A DNA stretch of 64,000 bases from Ramazzottius varieornatus (taxonomy: Eukaryota; Animalia; Tardigrada). The notes below the pieces were generated by a model. It was given only the letters and a program-made list of their open reading frames with translations. It searched no databases and was not told where the DNA came from. This document shows positions 39,794 to 53,129 of the stretch, piece by piece; the stretch's first letter is position 1, and each line of letters begins with the position of its first letter. The translations under genes and the position numbers were made by a program. Location of the stretch: the NCBI GenBank assembly GCA_001949185.1, contig BDGG01000002.1, forward strand, positions 1,633,145 through 1,697,144, written 5' to 3'.

Positions 39794-42245
39794 ATGGATC
39801 CGACCGACAGTGGAGCCAACGGTGTCCTGTCCGGGCATGGAGGACAGCAGACTCTCGAAGAATCTTCGGGAGGAGCAGCCATAGGAGGGAACTCCAGCAT
39901 GGATAGTCTGACAGACTCGACATCCGACGTGCTATGCCGTGGGTGTAACCACGTCCTTTACAGCAAAGTGGCCAACGCTACTACGGCTCAGAACGGCAAA
40001 TCCTGGCGCTGTAACGTCTGCCTGCAGTTTTTCACTGTCAAGTCTAGTGCTAAACGACACGGTAAGCTTACTTTTACAACGCTGAAATGAGAAGAAAAGG
40101 AGGAAGGAGTTTGTTCGCAGTGACGCATTCTCACAACAAAGATTACCTGTGTGACGAATGCCAGCGGACAACCAACGGCCTACCACCACCAGCCAAATGC
40201 CCTGCAGGCAATATGGTGTACACCCAGCAACAGCCAGACATCTCGATGCAGGGCGAGACTGAGGACGAAGACGATGACGACGAAGAAGACATTGAGGCAG
40301 ACGGGGCAGAATTAGGTTTGTTGGACCTGATGCTCAAGAACAACCTAGATTTGAAGGCCATCGATGGCGTCCTGGCCTTGATCAAGAGCGGGAAGGACTT
40401 CTCGCGCATTCACAACGCCTCACACTGGCTGTCCCGTTTGGGACGCCATGCTGCTGTCCAGTACACCACCTACAACTGCCCCCACTGCAAGCGAGCCGAA
40501 GTCCAGCTGAGGTTTGAACCTGGAAGTAGTACAAGCAGTATGGAGACACTGCAGCTGGCCGGTGGACACACGCTGACGAGTGCGGGGCCAGCTGCGTTGG
40601 CTTCTTCGTTGGATGCCATGGCTCATGCCAGACAGCACGGTAAGAACTGACCATTGCATGGTGAATCCTAAGGGCTTCTAGAGCCGTGTTCGGTACGCGT
40701 TGGTTGCTCCTCACCACCAACCAAACGGTTAAGAATTTATTTTGATGGGGGTACAGGCACGCCTTGAGGTGCAGGTTCGGTAGTGTCTCGCACTGCGTTA
40801 GTCCAGGCAGTGCTTTAACCTACGGTTTAACATCATCACAAGTCTGCTGTTTTGTTGTTTCACTAGACTGCCGTTCTTAATTGACCTGGCGTTGGTGCTA
40901 CTTCCAGGTATCACTGGTCAGTTGATCCAGCAACAACCCGGCCAGACCATCGTGGGACATCTGCACGGAGGCGGAAGTCCAGGAATGGGTACTGTTGTGG
41001 GCTTCTTCGATACCTCCACCGGTCAACTGATCACAGCGGATAACGCCAATATCGACAAGTCTGTCTTGCAAAAAGTTAAAAGCGAGGTAGGGGGCTAACA
41101 TGCATAATTGTACCCTACGAGAGCATTCTAAACCTGGGACTTCATCTTGTGTCTTGCAGTTGGTCGTCGCCCAGCAGAATCAGGGCCAGCAAGCGGTCCT
41201 CCGACTTCCCTATGGCATGACCGCCGGAGTGCCCACTTCCAACGCAACCCAAATGCAGATTAGTCCTACGGGTTCGTCTTTCGCTGTGCAGTCAGCCAGC
41301 AACAGCGCTGCACCTCCACGAAATCCTGCTAAGGTAAGTCTGAATAGTTCACCTGATGTGTGTTTTCCGGAAAGTCACGCGTCCGGTCATTTGCCTTTCA
41401 ATTGGTTTAATAGAGAAGGAACAATGGCACACCGAAGACGCCTTCATCCACGACGGTACGTAACTCCAGTACTCGGACGAGTCTTTTCGTAGTGTCTAGA
41501 AGTATGTTTTTCTAACAGGCTTCGGGAGGAGCGGAAGGCAGCACTTCGTGGAAAGCCATAGCTCGCAACTTACTGCAGAGTCTTCACTCCAAAGAAGAGC
41601 TGCTGCGTTTGTGCGTGGTGGGTCGAAGGATGGACCGTACTTCGGGTGGCCTGCAACCGATGGATGCCGAAAAGCGCAAAATCATTGGCGGTAAGACTGA
41701 ACTACCGTTTGGGAGGTTGGCGAATGAAGAGTCACTCAGACCGTTTTCCCAAGTGGCGCATATCTCCGGCAGGTAACACTGAGAGCGTACACCACTTGGT
41801 GACACAGTCTTATTGCGTTTTCCGGGTGGCGCACGCTTCCAGCAAATAACAAGATACCTTGCGCCACTTGACTTGTAGTTCTGGGTGTGATCATTGCTAA
41901 CATCCCCAGTTTACACTTTACAGTGTCTCCTTCAGCTTACATGTCAAGTTTGATTTTCCAGAGGCTGTTCGTGAGCACTGTGAGAAGGCCCAGATTCCCA
42001 TTCCACCGGACACGCTGCTGAACCACTTCATGTCACAAATTCTGTGTGATAGTCGTCGGAAAGAACAAGTCACCTTCTCGGGAGGACAGTTCCATAAACG
42101 GACTGTGAAACAACCCAAAGCACCCCAGTCAGCTGCACAGTCCAAGATGGTGTCGGAGGCCATCGCGAGTAGCATCGACGATACGGTGGCCGCATCGGTT
42201 GTCGTCATCCCTGCGACTCCTCACAAAGACAACGGTCTTCCTTGA
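39794..42245 (+). CDS. C2H2 zinc finger + transposase-like helical/CxxC module + BEN-domain protein, multi-exon; 5' end provisional
   Basis: C2H2 WRCNVCLQFFTVKSSAKRH|VTHSH; acidic tract; LLDLMLKNNLDLKAIDGVLALIK...YTTYNCPHC; spliced BEN-like SWKAIARNLLQSLHSKEELLRLCVVGRR...PMDAEKRKIIG|EAVREHC...LLNHFMSQILCDSRRK. Confidence 0.8.
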
Positions 42246-43408
42246 GAAGAAGCGCTCGGGTCTTCCTCTCTTTGTAACCGAACTCGATGCTTCACTTCCT
42301 CCGCCTGGCCAGATTCACTGGTCGGCATTTCATTACGTTCTTATAAGTACATGATCTTCATGTTATCTTCTGCCTATAATTATGTTCTCTAGGGTTTTTA
42401 TCCAGTTGTAAGGTACTAATGTAGTGTGTTTCGTCTTCAGCGTGCCGCCGGTGTATGTGGGGGTATTGGGTCGTTTTTCGTGTTGTTATAGCTTTGTGGA
42501 CGTGGGCCGATTAGTTTTCTTCACACTTCTGCCAAGCTCGTTGACTGGAACTTAGTACATCTCCTTTTTATTGTGTTATTTTGTTTCGCCTGGATACCTG
42601 TAAAAGGCCGGAAGGACGATTGTTTTCGGACATCCGATAGTCTGTCAGAGGCAACTAAAACGGGAAGACCCCGCGGCCGTATCCCTTTCAGTCCAGGCAG
42701 GTCACAACACAGCCTCACAGCCATGTTGTTCCGCTTGTCCATACTTATACCGCTTATTCCGGTACATATGGGGACGATACTCCTTACAGTCCCAATCATT
42801 CCGCATATTCACATCGCATCATAAACGCACTGGTGCAACTAAGGTAGCACCGAGAAAGCCCGAATCCCTGATTTGTCCACTTATTGCTACGTCATCTTCT
42901 TTGTAACCAGCTTGCTGAACGAGTGAGACTAGACCCGAGCCACTTTTTCCTCCCACTCCGCGGTTGTTTTCTTTACCTTCTTTTACCAATTCTTCGCAGG
43001 TTGGACAGCGGGAGCTTCCGGCCGCTCTGGGAAATTTGTACAGTAACTGAACACAAATCTGGTCGTTTAATTGGTTGCAATTGGTGAGATGAACGCAAAC
43101 CCATTCAGTTGAGAAGGCTTCTTTTTCACTCCGCCTAGTGGTCGAGATTCATTTCAGTGACTTGGCCGTCGCACTGCAGTTTGATACCTGTGAAGCTACA
43201 GTCCATTGCAGTCAGCGGTTGTCAGAGTACAGAACGATATGAACAGTCCCTCAACAAAACAGGAAGGCGGCAAAGTGCGCTACGGGTTGGCCACGGTCAC
43301 AGCGTCCACTCACAGCGGTATCCCAGCTGGGCGCCATCATGACAGAACATCACTTCAGCATCTCACAGGCAAGTCTGATGTTGTGTTGCAAAGGCTTTTA
43401 TCAAACTG

Positions 43409-43433
43409 GTGTGTGTGTGTGTGTGTGTGTGTG
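43409..43433. repeat. (GT)n microsatellite
   Basis: About 12 GT units. Confidence 0.9.
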
Positions 43434-43827
43434 TTTTGCACGTATGATCTGGCGATAGATTGAAATGTCTGGTTCTCTCGTTTTGGGTTTTACTGATTGC
43501 TTTTTACTTTTAGGGTGCATTAAGAGGCTAAGAGAGATACGACTACGTATAATGGGACGCGAATACAGTATAATGGGACTCGCATTCAATTATGACTTGG
43601 CCGAGGGCGTCGCAAATCTTGGTCTGTGCTCGAATCAGATCTGATGCCGTGTCTCCACCTTTCCAATACGACCGTGTTGCACAGCCATGAGACTAGAGCC
43701 CAACTGACAAGCTATCAATCACAGGCTTCACAGCGACATGAGTACGACAACGAAAGAAGGAGAAAGTTGACAACAAATAACCCAGCTTATGTTCCACTCA
43801 TCGTTGTGATTTGATCTGTCAGTAGTA

Positions 43828-44830
43828 TCAATAGTAGGAGGCTTTGTACGGTTGCGGACTCGGCAATCCGTAAGCGTCAAGGATATGCACATCCGTGTAA
43901 TCAACGCGCAGGAAGTCCCGAAAGACCGTAGCCAGCTCCACGGTCACCTTGTTGCATTCGTAGTGAGCGTCGTTGGTGGCAACGATCTGCTGCATCCGCT
44001 GAATGTTTTGGGCAATCCTGACAAGCGGCTGCGAGAAAAAACGGTCCATAAGTACGCCACACCAACTTTTTTCTTCTAGCGCAGCGATGCTCACCTGAAG
44101 ATATCGCTCAAAAGTGGGTTATATATTACCTTCGCTCGTAAGGGACCCTCCATGGGCAGTTCCTGGAATGACGACATTGCGCTGGGAGATGAAGTATTCC
44201 TGGATGGCGACTATGGCGCGGGCATTTGCCAGACACTCCTATGGCGAGCTGTTGTCGATCGATCCATAAGCGATACCAATGTTGATTCCTTCCATCGGGG
44301 CGAAGGTCTTCAGGGCTTCCAGTGCGGGACTGGGTGGGCCGTAGCTGTATGAACCCATTTTTGCTGTCAGGGCCACGCCAAAGCTGCTTTGTCCGTGACT
44401 CTGAACGACGGCTTTGAACAGGGCTGGAAAAGATATCATGTCCGCAGTGTTGTACAGTACACATAACTACTCGTACGTACACGGTTCGAACGCCAAAACT
44501 GATGAGCTACTTGTTGCTCCGTTTCCCCATTAAATACAATCTGGTCAACTTCACGACCCAAACCCGAGGTCACTGATGCAAGCTTCGAAAGCTGGCGAAC
44601 GCTCTTGGCCGAGTATTCGCATGTACAGTAAGACCAATTTGAATACAGAGAGATTTGAATTACCTTCGGCGGCTCGGCCAATGGTCACGTCAGTATTAGG
44701 ACAAGCGTCGAGCGGAAGGGCGTAGTAGCCAGTGTTGTTATATCGATGATATTCAGACATTTGCCCATTCAGGTGCCAAATCATGCACAGTGACCAACAA
44801 GCTCATGCTCCTATACAAGCCCAGTTTTGA
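43828..44830 (-). pseudogene. Secreted-protein paralog B, apparently pseudogenised
   Basis: Same 3-exon layout and clear similarity to paralog A (DACPNTDVT, LFKAVVQSHGQS, YSYGPPSPALEA, VATND..ECNKV, DYTD..ILDAYGL). In-frame TAG at 44239-44241 where A has CAG, and a TGA in the signal-peptide region. Confidence 0.75.
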
Positions 44831-45431
44831 CTTGGCAGCAAGTGCGAGAACACCGGTACAAACAAATAACCTGTGTAGAACTGGCGATGTACAGTAATCC
44901 ACGATATACTGCAAAAGTCAGGTATGGTGGCGACTTCGCGGATAAGCTTGACAGGAGTAAAGGATGACGGCATGGTTCTGCGATGGATGATAAACGGTCA
45001 TTAGACAATTTTTTATGTGCGATCTCATCTTACTCGCTTCTTCGGTGGCGGCTTCTTCAGCCTCATCGATCAGCAAGAATATACATTTACCGTATTCGAG
45101 TGTCCACAAGCATTACCACAAGCATCGTAGCTGGATTGATTTTGTGGCACAGTTTCACAAATTTTGTGCAGCGTAGTTTAACCACACTTTACAAAAGGTT
45201 TCTGTTGTCCGAAGCAAATCCAACTTCAAGAACGTGACCAGTACAGCTACTTGCTTTAATCATGAGGTCGAAAGTCGATCGCGTGTTGGTTGATACCAGA
45301 AAGAATGAAACATGCAATATGCAAGTTACAACTCGGCATACGAAAACACAGAGTGACTAAATGACTATCATGAAAGAATGGCAGTCCCACTTGTTACTGT
45401 AATGATTCTGTGGAAAAAAAGGTGGTTGCGC

Positions 45432-46456
45432 TCAATGATAATAAGCACTGTACTGCTGCGCGTCAATCAACCCATAAGCGTCCAGGACTTCGGCGTCGGT
45501 GTAGTCGAGTCGGTGGAGGTTCCAGAAGATCTGGCCCAACTGCAGCGACACCTGGACGCATTCGTGGCCATCGTCGTTGGTGGCAACGACACGCTGGATG
45601 TCTTCGTTACGTTGGACAAGGTTGATCAGCAGGCTCAGATAAGGTCCGGGGTTGCTGTTGTACCAGATAGCGGAGTCGGTTTGGCGAGCCACGAACAGCG
45701 CTTGGCCTCTCCGTTTAACCAAACACTGCAGAGCATCTGGAAGAAAAAAACCCGTTCGTTAGGTTCATGGTTCACTCGACGCAGTACGATAACACAAACA
45801 CATCACCTTCTCCAGTAAGCTCGTCCTGGTAAGGGAGACCCGGAATAATGTTGTTACGCTGGGAGACGAAAAAGCTCTGGATGTCGACTACAGCGCGGGC
45901 GATGTCCAGACACTGCTGAGGCGAGCCGATGTCGATCAGCCCATATGCAGCGCCCAAGTATATTCCTCTGATTCGGGCGGAGGTCCTTATGGCTTCCAGG
46001 GCAGGACTGGGTGGGCCATAGCTGTACAAACCCATGTTGGCTTTGGCCACCCGCGCAACACCAAAGCCGCTCTGTCCGTGGGCTTGGACCACAGCTTTGA
46101 AGAGGTCTACAAACACACGAAGCAAACTCTAGGCACAAGCATCGAGACGATGCTACAATGGTCTGAGCCTGGCCACTTCAGGTCATTGTTTCGAAGGTTA
46201 AAATGTGTGCTTTAGAAATTTAGTGCGTTATATTGGTTAATTTAGGTCGACAAATGATAAAGCAGAGTCCGATACCTTCGCCGGCCAAACCAGCGGTGAC
46301 ATCGATGTTGGGGCAGGCGTCGTCTGGAGGTGCGTAGATGGCGCTGTACTCGTCTGGCTGCAGATAGGAAGAGTATCCGTACGGCTGAGCCTGGACGATC
46401 AGACTCAAGCTGACCCACAGGAAGATCGGGAAGATCAAGGTTGTGGAAAGTCCCAT
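45432..46456 (-). CDS. Secreted protein of unrecognised family (paralog A), 3 exons
   Basis: Signal peptide MGLSTTLIFPIFLWVSLSLIVQA, Tyr-rich N-terminus, conserved Cys positions, intact frame to ...YSAYYH*. Confidence 0.8.
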
Positions 46457-47918
46457 CTTGTGATCGGCAAGCGGCCTGTGACAACACGATGGAATTGTGT
46501 CGGCTGCGGAACGCGGCTGTCGAACAACTTGCCGGAAAGCCGATGCCTCTGGTTATTACAATGGACATTGCATGGTGAGTTCTTGTCCCGATGGGTGATA
46601 AGCCGCCTTGTCTCCATTTTTTCATATTGCAAACCTTATCGGTTCTCGCGATCTTTTGCAGGAATATCCCTTCTGCAACGAGCGCGGGTTTTTTTCCGCA
46701 GCAGACAGAACACATAAAGGCCTTTGCTGGTATATTATTCGACTCAAAAGGGCTGATGCACGGGTGTACTCTAAACCTGACTGTTGGAAACGGGCGTGAC
46801 GCTGTGCTGCAGCATGTACGATTCAGCCAATGAGAATCATCGTTTGATGTATGCGCAGATTTCATTTGCTGGTTCCATCCATCACCTGTTTTTAACGGTC
46901 AACTTTGTCGCACACCAGTACCTGCTTTATCACTCGCTGTTGCTGGCAAGGCTTTGTAGCGGAGATTAGAGATTCTTTTGCCGGTTTTGCCCAAAGAAGC
47001 CGAAAACTGACACGCCATTCGAATGTAACTTTGGTAGACCGGTAATAACATGTCAAGTTTCTTCTTGCCTGCGGTATTACTGGAATGAAGTTCGCCGCGT
47101 CACAGCGGAAACCCGCTTACGTGTGCTCTTGGCAAATGAATGTTGGCCTATCGCCATTCGCACACGTGCCCTCTACAGTTAGCTCGGTCAGCCATAGGTC
47201 AGGCTCGCGGATATTATACATACATCCGATTCGCCAATGTTTTTTTGGACGCGATACTTTTCGAGTAAGTGATCCATACTGGGGTTCTGGACCACATTAT
47301 TGTTCTACACTACAGCAAACAAAATGCTAGCCCACACCATATTACAGGATTTTGATGAATAAGTGAGTCTCGCAGCGATATCGAGACTTCCTTTTCGACT
47401 AATGTTGCCATTAAGATCTCGTTGCATTTCTCTGCTGCATATCATTCTATACTCCAGCAGGGCTATATCATAATACCGCTCAACTCCGCTTCTTCTTGTC
47501 TCGCTTATTGTCCGCCTTAGACAACACGTAAATATCAGAAATGCATCACGAGAATTATTTCGACTAGTTAGATCACATTACCCGACAGATAATTACAGAG
47601 CCGGAAAGAATGCTCAACTTTCGACGATGGTATGTGGTGAAAACGCCAAATTTGCTCAAGGGATAAGCAAATATCGAAGGTGCGTTGAAGTTGCGTATAT
47701 GGTAGAATACCCTATACCTGCGAATCCAGTGTGATGCACGTTTCAAGGGTCCTCTAACTGAAAACAGATCAAGTTAACACACGTTTTCTCGACATTGGTA
47801 TAAATTTGTCGGTCTATTCTCACAGACATTTGTTTCTCATTGGTTTACTGTCAATGTCCAGAAATATGATTTAATAATTCAAAATCCGGGACCTGCGCTT
47901 TTTCTTGAAGCAAGAAGC

Positions 47919-50809
47919 ATGAATGTATGGATGCAGCAGAAAGCCATGTATCCCAACGTTGCCGCGGCTTATATTGGTGTGGCTCAAGTTATCCAGTTCG
48001 TCGCGCTGGTAGTATGCCAGCTGGACGCAAGAGTGTTCGGACAGAAGGAAGTGGAAGTGGTGACCATGGGCCTTGTGACCAACGCCACCACCTTTTCCCT
48101 CCATTACTTGGGTCCGGCTTTGGACCTGGCTGCGGCCCGGTTTCGAACTGATCACGGTCAGCGTTTCAATCTAACGCATACTTACATTATCGATCCCAGC
48201 CTGACGATCTGCCCTGAACTTACAAGCCAGACAAGCTTCCTGGTATCCGAGTGGTATTACAAGAAACGAAGAAAAGCTGACGTCTACGCCTTCATTCTAC
48301 CAAGTAAGAGTTACTTTGATTTATCTGACGCGCGACATTTACCGGCCTCGACATCAGCGTTGCATGATCTGTTTTCATAGTGTGCACAGAGTTCGGTGAG
48401 CTGAATCGCTTACTGGCCAGCTGGGATATCCTCATGATTACAACGTTAGTCTCGCAACGTATCCTCGCCGTACGAAATTTGTTATTCCGTTCGTCCCCTT
48501 CAATTATAGGGCCGTGGATGATCCATCCTTGCGCAACAAATTGGTGACTCCTACCGCGCTGACTACTGCTCCAACGTCTTTCGTGTCGCTATTGGGCATG
48601 TATGTGGCTACGCTGGCGCATTTCAACTGGACTACGGTGGTCATTGTGCACGACCAAAGTGCCAACAGTGGATTCTTTCCCATTACCGATCAACTGATGC
48701 CTCTTTTGCGTGAGCGTGGATGGCAAGTTACCTTATTCCGAGTGACCTCCAAAAAATCGATGAACTTCACTCAAGAACTGGAGAGGTTTCGTTCCATTAG
48801 CCGAGGTTTGTACGACTAGACAACAATTTCAAAAAATCGCACCGTAACAAATGTTATCACCATAAAATAGAAACTCTGATGAAAGGTATTTGAAACATTT
48901 TATCACTTTAGTGCTGCTGTTTGTCGGACACGCCCAGCCATTTCGACAATTAGTGGTATGCGTTACTGGAACGAGCTTCATTTCCGCTCAGTTTAACAAT
49001 TGTATTATGACTTAATGTTTTCTCTCTCAAGATCCAGGCAAAGCTTCTAGGTTTATGCACCGGCCAATACGTAAGTAATTTCAATTTAACGGTTCTATAA
49101 GCTACACACCATCTCTTTGCCGTGATCGATATACCTAATTGCAGGTTTATATCGTCGTCAGCGTCTTCAAGTCCAAAGCTCTCGGGGACCTGACATGGAA
49201 ATACGGAGATGAGTACGACGAGATAGCCAGAGAAGCCTTCCGTTCGGTAATGATCGTCGGTCCGGATGCTTCCATCTACGCTCTGTCCAACTGGACAACG
49301 ACCAAGGCATTAAGCACCGGCTACGTTTCAGCCCTTGACCGGGCATACCCGGCTGCTGATCCGGTTAGAAGCGCTGGACTTTAACGCTTAGCGGTGCGAG
49401 TTTGCAAAGATTTCTGCTGTTGTAGCTACTGGCACTCATATCGGCGGCTATGGAAGCCTTCCTGGTCCTTGGACAAGTTTTAGAGGAAGCCCTGAGCGAT
49501 GATGACACAGCGGAGAACTTCAAAGGGCGGAATCTGGCCAAACGGTTTCTGGACCGTCGGTACGACCTGGGTTTTACCGAGGTTACACTCGACGAGTTTG
49601 GACAGCGATTAATCCACGAAGAGCTTTCCGACTTGGATCCTGTCACCGGAGAATTCAGGGTATGTGCTGAGAGTATGTGTTGGAACCTAATTGAGTACTA
49701 ACGATAGATTCTGGGCAACTAAACGACTGAGTGGCACTTTGAGCGGTTAAGCCACGTAACAACGGAAGTACCTTGCGGCCACGCAAACTTGTTCGATCTG
49801 TCTTATCAGACTTGTTCGAAAAATCAGCGTCGATTTCTTTTGTCTAACCCTTCATATGAAAACGAAGGCTCGTTTTGCGGACCACGAAAATTCGTCGAAA
49901 GGAGATTTCTTCCAGTAGGTCAGGGTATGCTTGCTGACTTTTAGTACTCGTAGAGTATATGCGGATACTGATCGGAACAAATCGCAACAAACCTGTTCCA
50001 GAATTTGAAATTCTGTTTGAATTTAGGTCGATTAGTCTCGGACAGACTATAGTTTTCCAAACGCTAATTTTGATTCCACAACCTTCTGCATGAGCGGCTT
50101 GGTTCAGTAGTGAAAGATCAGTTTTCTAGATATACACTTCGTTCTGGAAAATAAAGAAAAAATACAGTGTTTGCGCCACTCCCAGTGTTGCCGTGTTAAA
50201 ATTTTGTATCGGAGTTCTAGATGTTATCATCAGAGCTTAGACATCTTGTTAATTTCTGGAAGAAGAATATCGAGTCTACATGTATCTCTCAAATTCCTCG
50301 TTGTCCGTCCAACTAGCTCCAGAGAACACAATGAATTTCGTTACTTGGCCGCACTGCATGTCAGTATTCGATGGGCCGTCCGTAAATTGTTCTTCACAGG
50401 CCGTACTTCGGATGCAATTTATCAGACCCAAAAGTGTGATTAAGTTAGCCAATATCGACTGGGCTGGACCTACCAACTCGTCCAACGCGATCCCCCTAAG
50501 CGAGCCGCTGTGTGGGTTCCTGGACGATCGGGGACCATGTGCCCAGCGTCCGTCGCTCCTGTTGAAGCCGCCGGAGCTAGGCGCACTGCTGACAGTGCTT
50601 GGAGCAGCCTTGGTGTGTCTTTGCCTTGCCTTTCCTCACTACAGGTATTCCAGTTCATTTGCTGTCTATGTCGCGTCTACTTCCGTTGGAGCTCAAAAAC
50701 GGAATTCTTTCATAGTAAAAAATCTCATCTCGGCATTCTGCACTACTTGATCGCTGTTGCTGAGCTGGACTTTCGCAAGAGGACCGTCTCGAAAATGATC
50801 GCCGCTTGA
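47919..50809 (+). CDS. Natriuretic-peptide-receptor-like ectodomain (periplasmic-binding fold) + TM, without kinase-homology or guanylyl-cyclase domains; 3' end uncertain
   Basis: LGPALDLAAAR, LLASWDILMIT, HFNWTTVVIVHD, LTWKYGDEYDEIAREAFRSVMIV, VTLDEFGQR, IDWAG...IPLSEPLCGFLDDRGPC, TM LGALLTVLGAALVCLCL, then stops. Confidence 0.78.
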
Positions 50810-51536
50810 AAAACTGTAGATCTACACATACGCCGGACATGGTCCTTTATTTTGGAAAAATCTGACGACTACAGTCCACTCCTTCGAGACCCGTACACTG
50901 TTCTTCCATTTCAATTTGCCACCAGTCAAACATTAACCGTACAGCTTGCCAAAACCGAAAGAAAGTGACGTCATAGTCTACGGACATATGATATACTGTA
51001 TGCTCTCCCGAAATTTACGTATGTCACTGACTCTCAAATCATTGGGGTCTTACCGTCTAGCTTTACACTCTGAATGGAGTGACGTACGTGAATTTCGGGA
51101 GAGTATACAGTACTGTAGATCGGCAGTAAGATTCCCATACGGTTTATGAAGCACTTTCTTGATGCATTTTCCCGTATTTGAAACATTTCGAAGTAGATTT
51201 GTAGCTCAAAAAAACCATCGTAGAATTCTTTCGCCGGTTGAGAAAGCCGTCACATGTTTATAACGCCACGTGCGAAACGAGCTGCAGTAAACCGCGGCAC
51301 TTAGTCTGGGTGCCTTACCATTATCGGGGGGCGCTCTATTTGGACAGTTTCATTTTGATTCCGTTGATCGACCTCAGAAATGAGCGGTCAGTGCACCTGC
51401 ATCCACAGTAGGTCGGATAGCATAAATTTCACCTGCATGAAACGCAAATGTCTGGCCTGTAAAGACAGTATCAAGGATTTTTTTAGGGAGTTCAAGGAAT
51501 TTTTCAGATGGGACATGGTTATGCAGAACGCAGGAC

Positions 51537-51990
51537 TCAGTCGGATGTTCGTTGACTTGTAACATGGAGAAGCTCAAGACCTCCCCTGGCCGGTGAGCTG
51601 AGTGAGGCCTGTGGGGGGAGAGTGAAAAGCCAAGCCACAGCATTGAAACAGTAGATAACGGTTGGTGTATCGAAGTGGCGGAAGTGATAAAGGAAGACTA
51701 CCGCGAGCGAACGCTGACGAGTCAAGGCGCAGTTGGCGTATAATCCGACACCGGCAGGAACCAGACCAAATAGCGTGTAGAACTTACAGAAAAGGTACAG
51801 TACCAGATAGAGTTGGTTGGAACGACGCATGATTTAAGAGCATCAGCGTAAGCGCAGTGAGGAATTAGGTGCGAACTGGAAGATTGTCGGATGAAGCGAA
51901 ATGTTGTTACGGTGCGCATGATGATACAATTGAGCGCGATACCGATCACGTGGATCAATATGATCAGGATAAAAGCTACATAAGCGGCGC
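51537..51990 (-). pseudogene. Class A GPCR fragment (TM1-TM4), frameshifted and truncated
   Basis: IHVIGIALNCIIM (TM1), LIPHCAYADAL (TM2), then in another frame FCKFYTLFGLVPAGVGLYANCALTRQRSLAVV (TM3) and AVAWLFTL (TM4). Confidence 0.6.
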
Positions 51991-53129
51991 TAGTGTACGG
52001 GCTTCCGTAAACCTAAACCTTGTTTGCGACCGAGACCTTCAGATAACCTCTCCATGGCGCGAAGAATTTTGCAAACAACGGGGATCGCACCAGCGGCTCA
52101 TCAATACGGTTGTACACTGACTACGCCATGTTTGACACAAGGCTTGTACCAAAACACAGGTGACCCAAGTTAGCTGAACTACTAGCAGGTGCGAAGGGTC
52201 GATTGATTCATCGTAAATGAAAAGCCTTAGCCGAACTGATTAGCTTACCATATCTTTACCAAATTCCCCATTTCTTTGTATCTGGTGTACTGTACAGGAA
52301 GCGCCAATATTGAACAATTCTAATCTTGGCGTCTCCTTCTCCAGCTTCACGAGATGATTTTTATCTAATTTTAGCCAACCTCCTATCACCTATCCCAGGA
52401 TGATCCAATCGGAAGGGGTCCACGCGATTACTTTAACCCTTACCGAAAACTGAAGTTGGAGTATCCCCAATGCACAATCATCAAACGTGCAGCAAAATCA
52501 AAACGAATTTTTCACAAGAGTAAACACGCATCTGATACAGTGGGGCCATGCAAACTTTGTGCAACTTTTTCAGAAAGTTCGTTTGAGATCCAAACGAACA
52601 CTGGAACTTTTCTCCATTATTGTCCGATAACCGGTGCAATCTTCTTTCAGAATATCACAAAACATCCCTATTCTGAGTTCGACACTTTAATTTACGACTG
52701 GATAAGTCAGAGGACAGAACTCGAAAGCGGCGCACGAATAGATCTTTTTATTTATTCAGCAAAAGTACTTTTATTTTTCCCCCAACTCGTTTCATCGTTT
52801 TGGATGAAAACGCTAATGCAGGGTGATTGAGCATCTAAAACTACATTGAATGAACCAATTTTTTTTAAACTTTATTCAATGTGAGTGTGGCTGGATTTTA
52901 GTTTCGCCAAAAAAGTTGGCCTTTGCTCGGATCAGTAGCCGCACTTGACCTTCATCTTCTCATCGCAGAACTAAACGCTGCATCGACAGACTCTTGGTTA
53001 CAGTGTATATATGGTAGTCAGAAACGATGGCCGTCGAGCACAGACACTCTGAAAGTGATTTTTCACATGGCTTTAGAAACACGGTTGTAGAAAGTGTGAA
53101 TGGCCGCACTGTAGCTTGGTATTGCTGCA

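Noticed and set aside
44239-44241. Programmed stop-codon read-through in paralog B
   Set aside because: A second stop in the signal-peptide region makes ordinary pseudogenisation more parsimonious.
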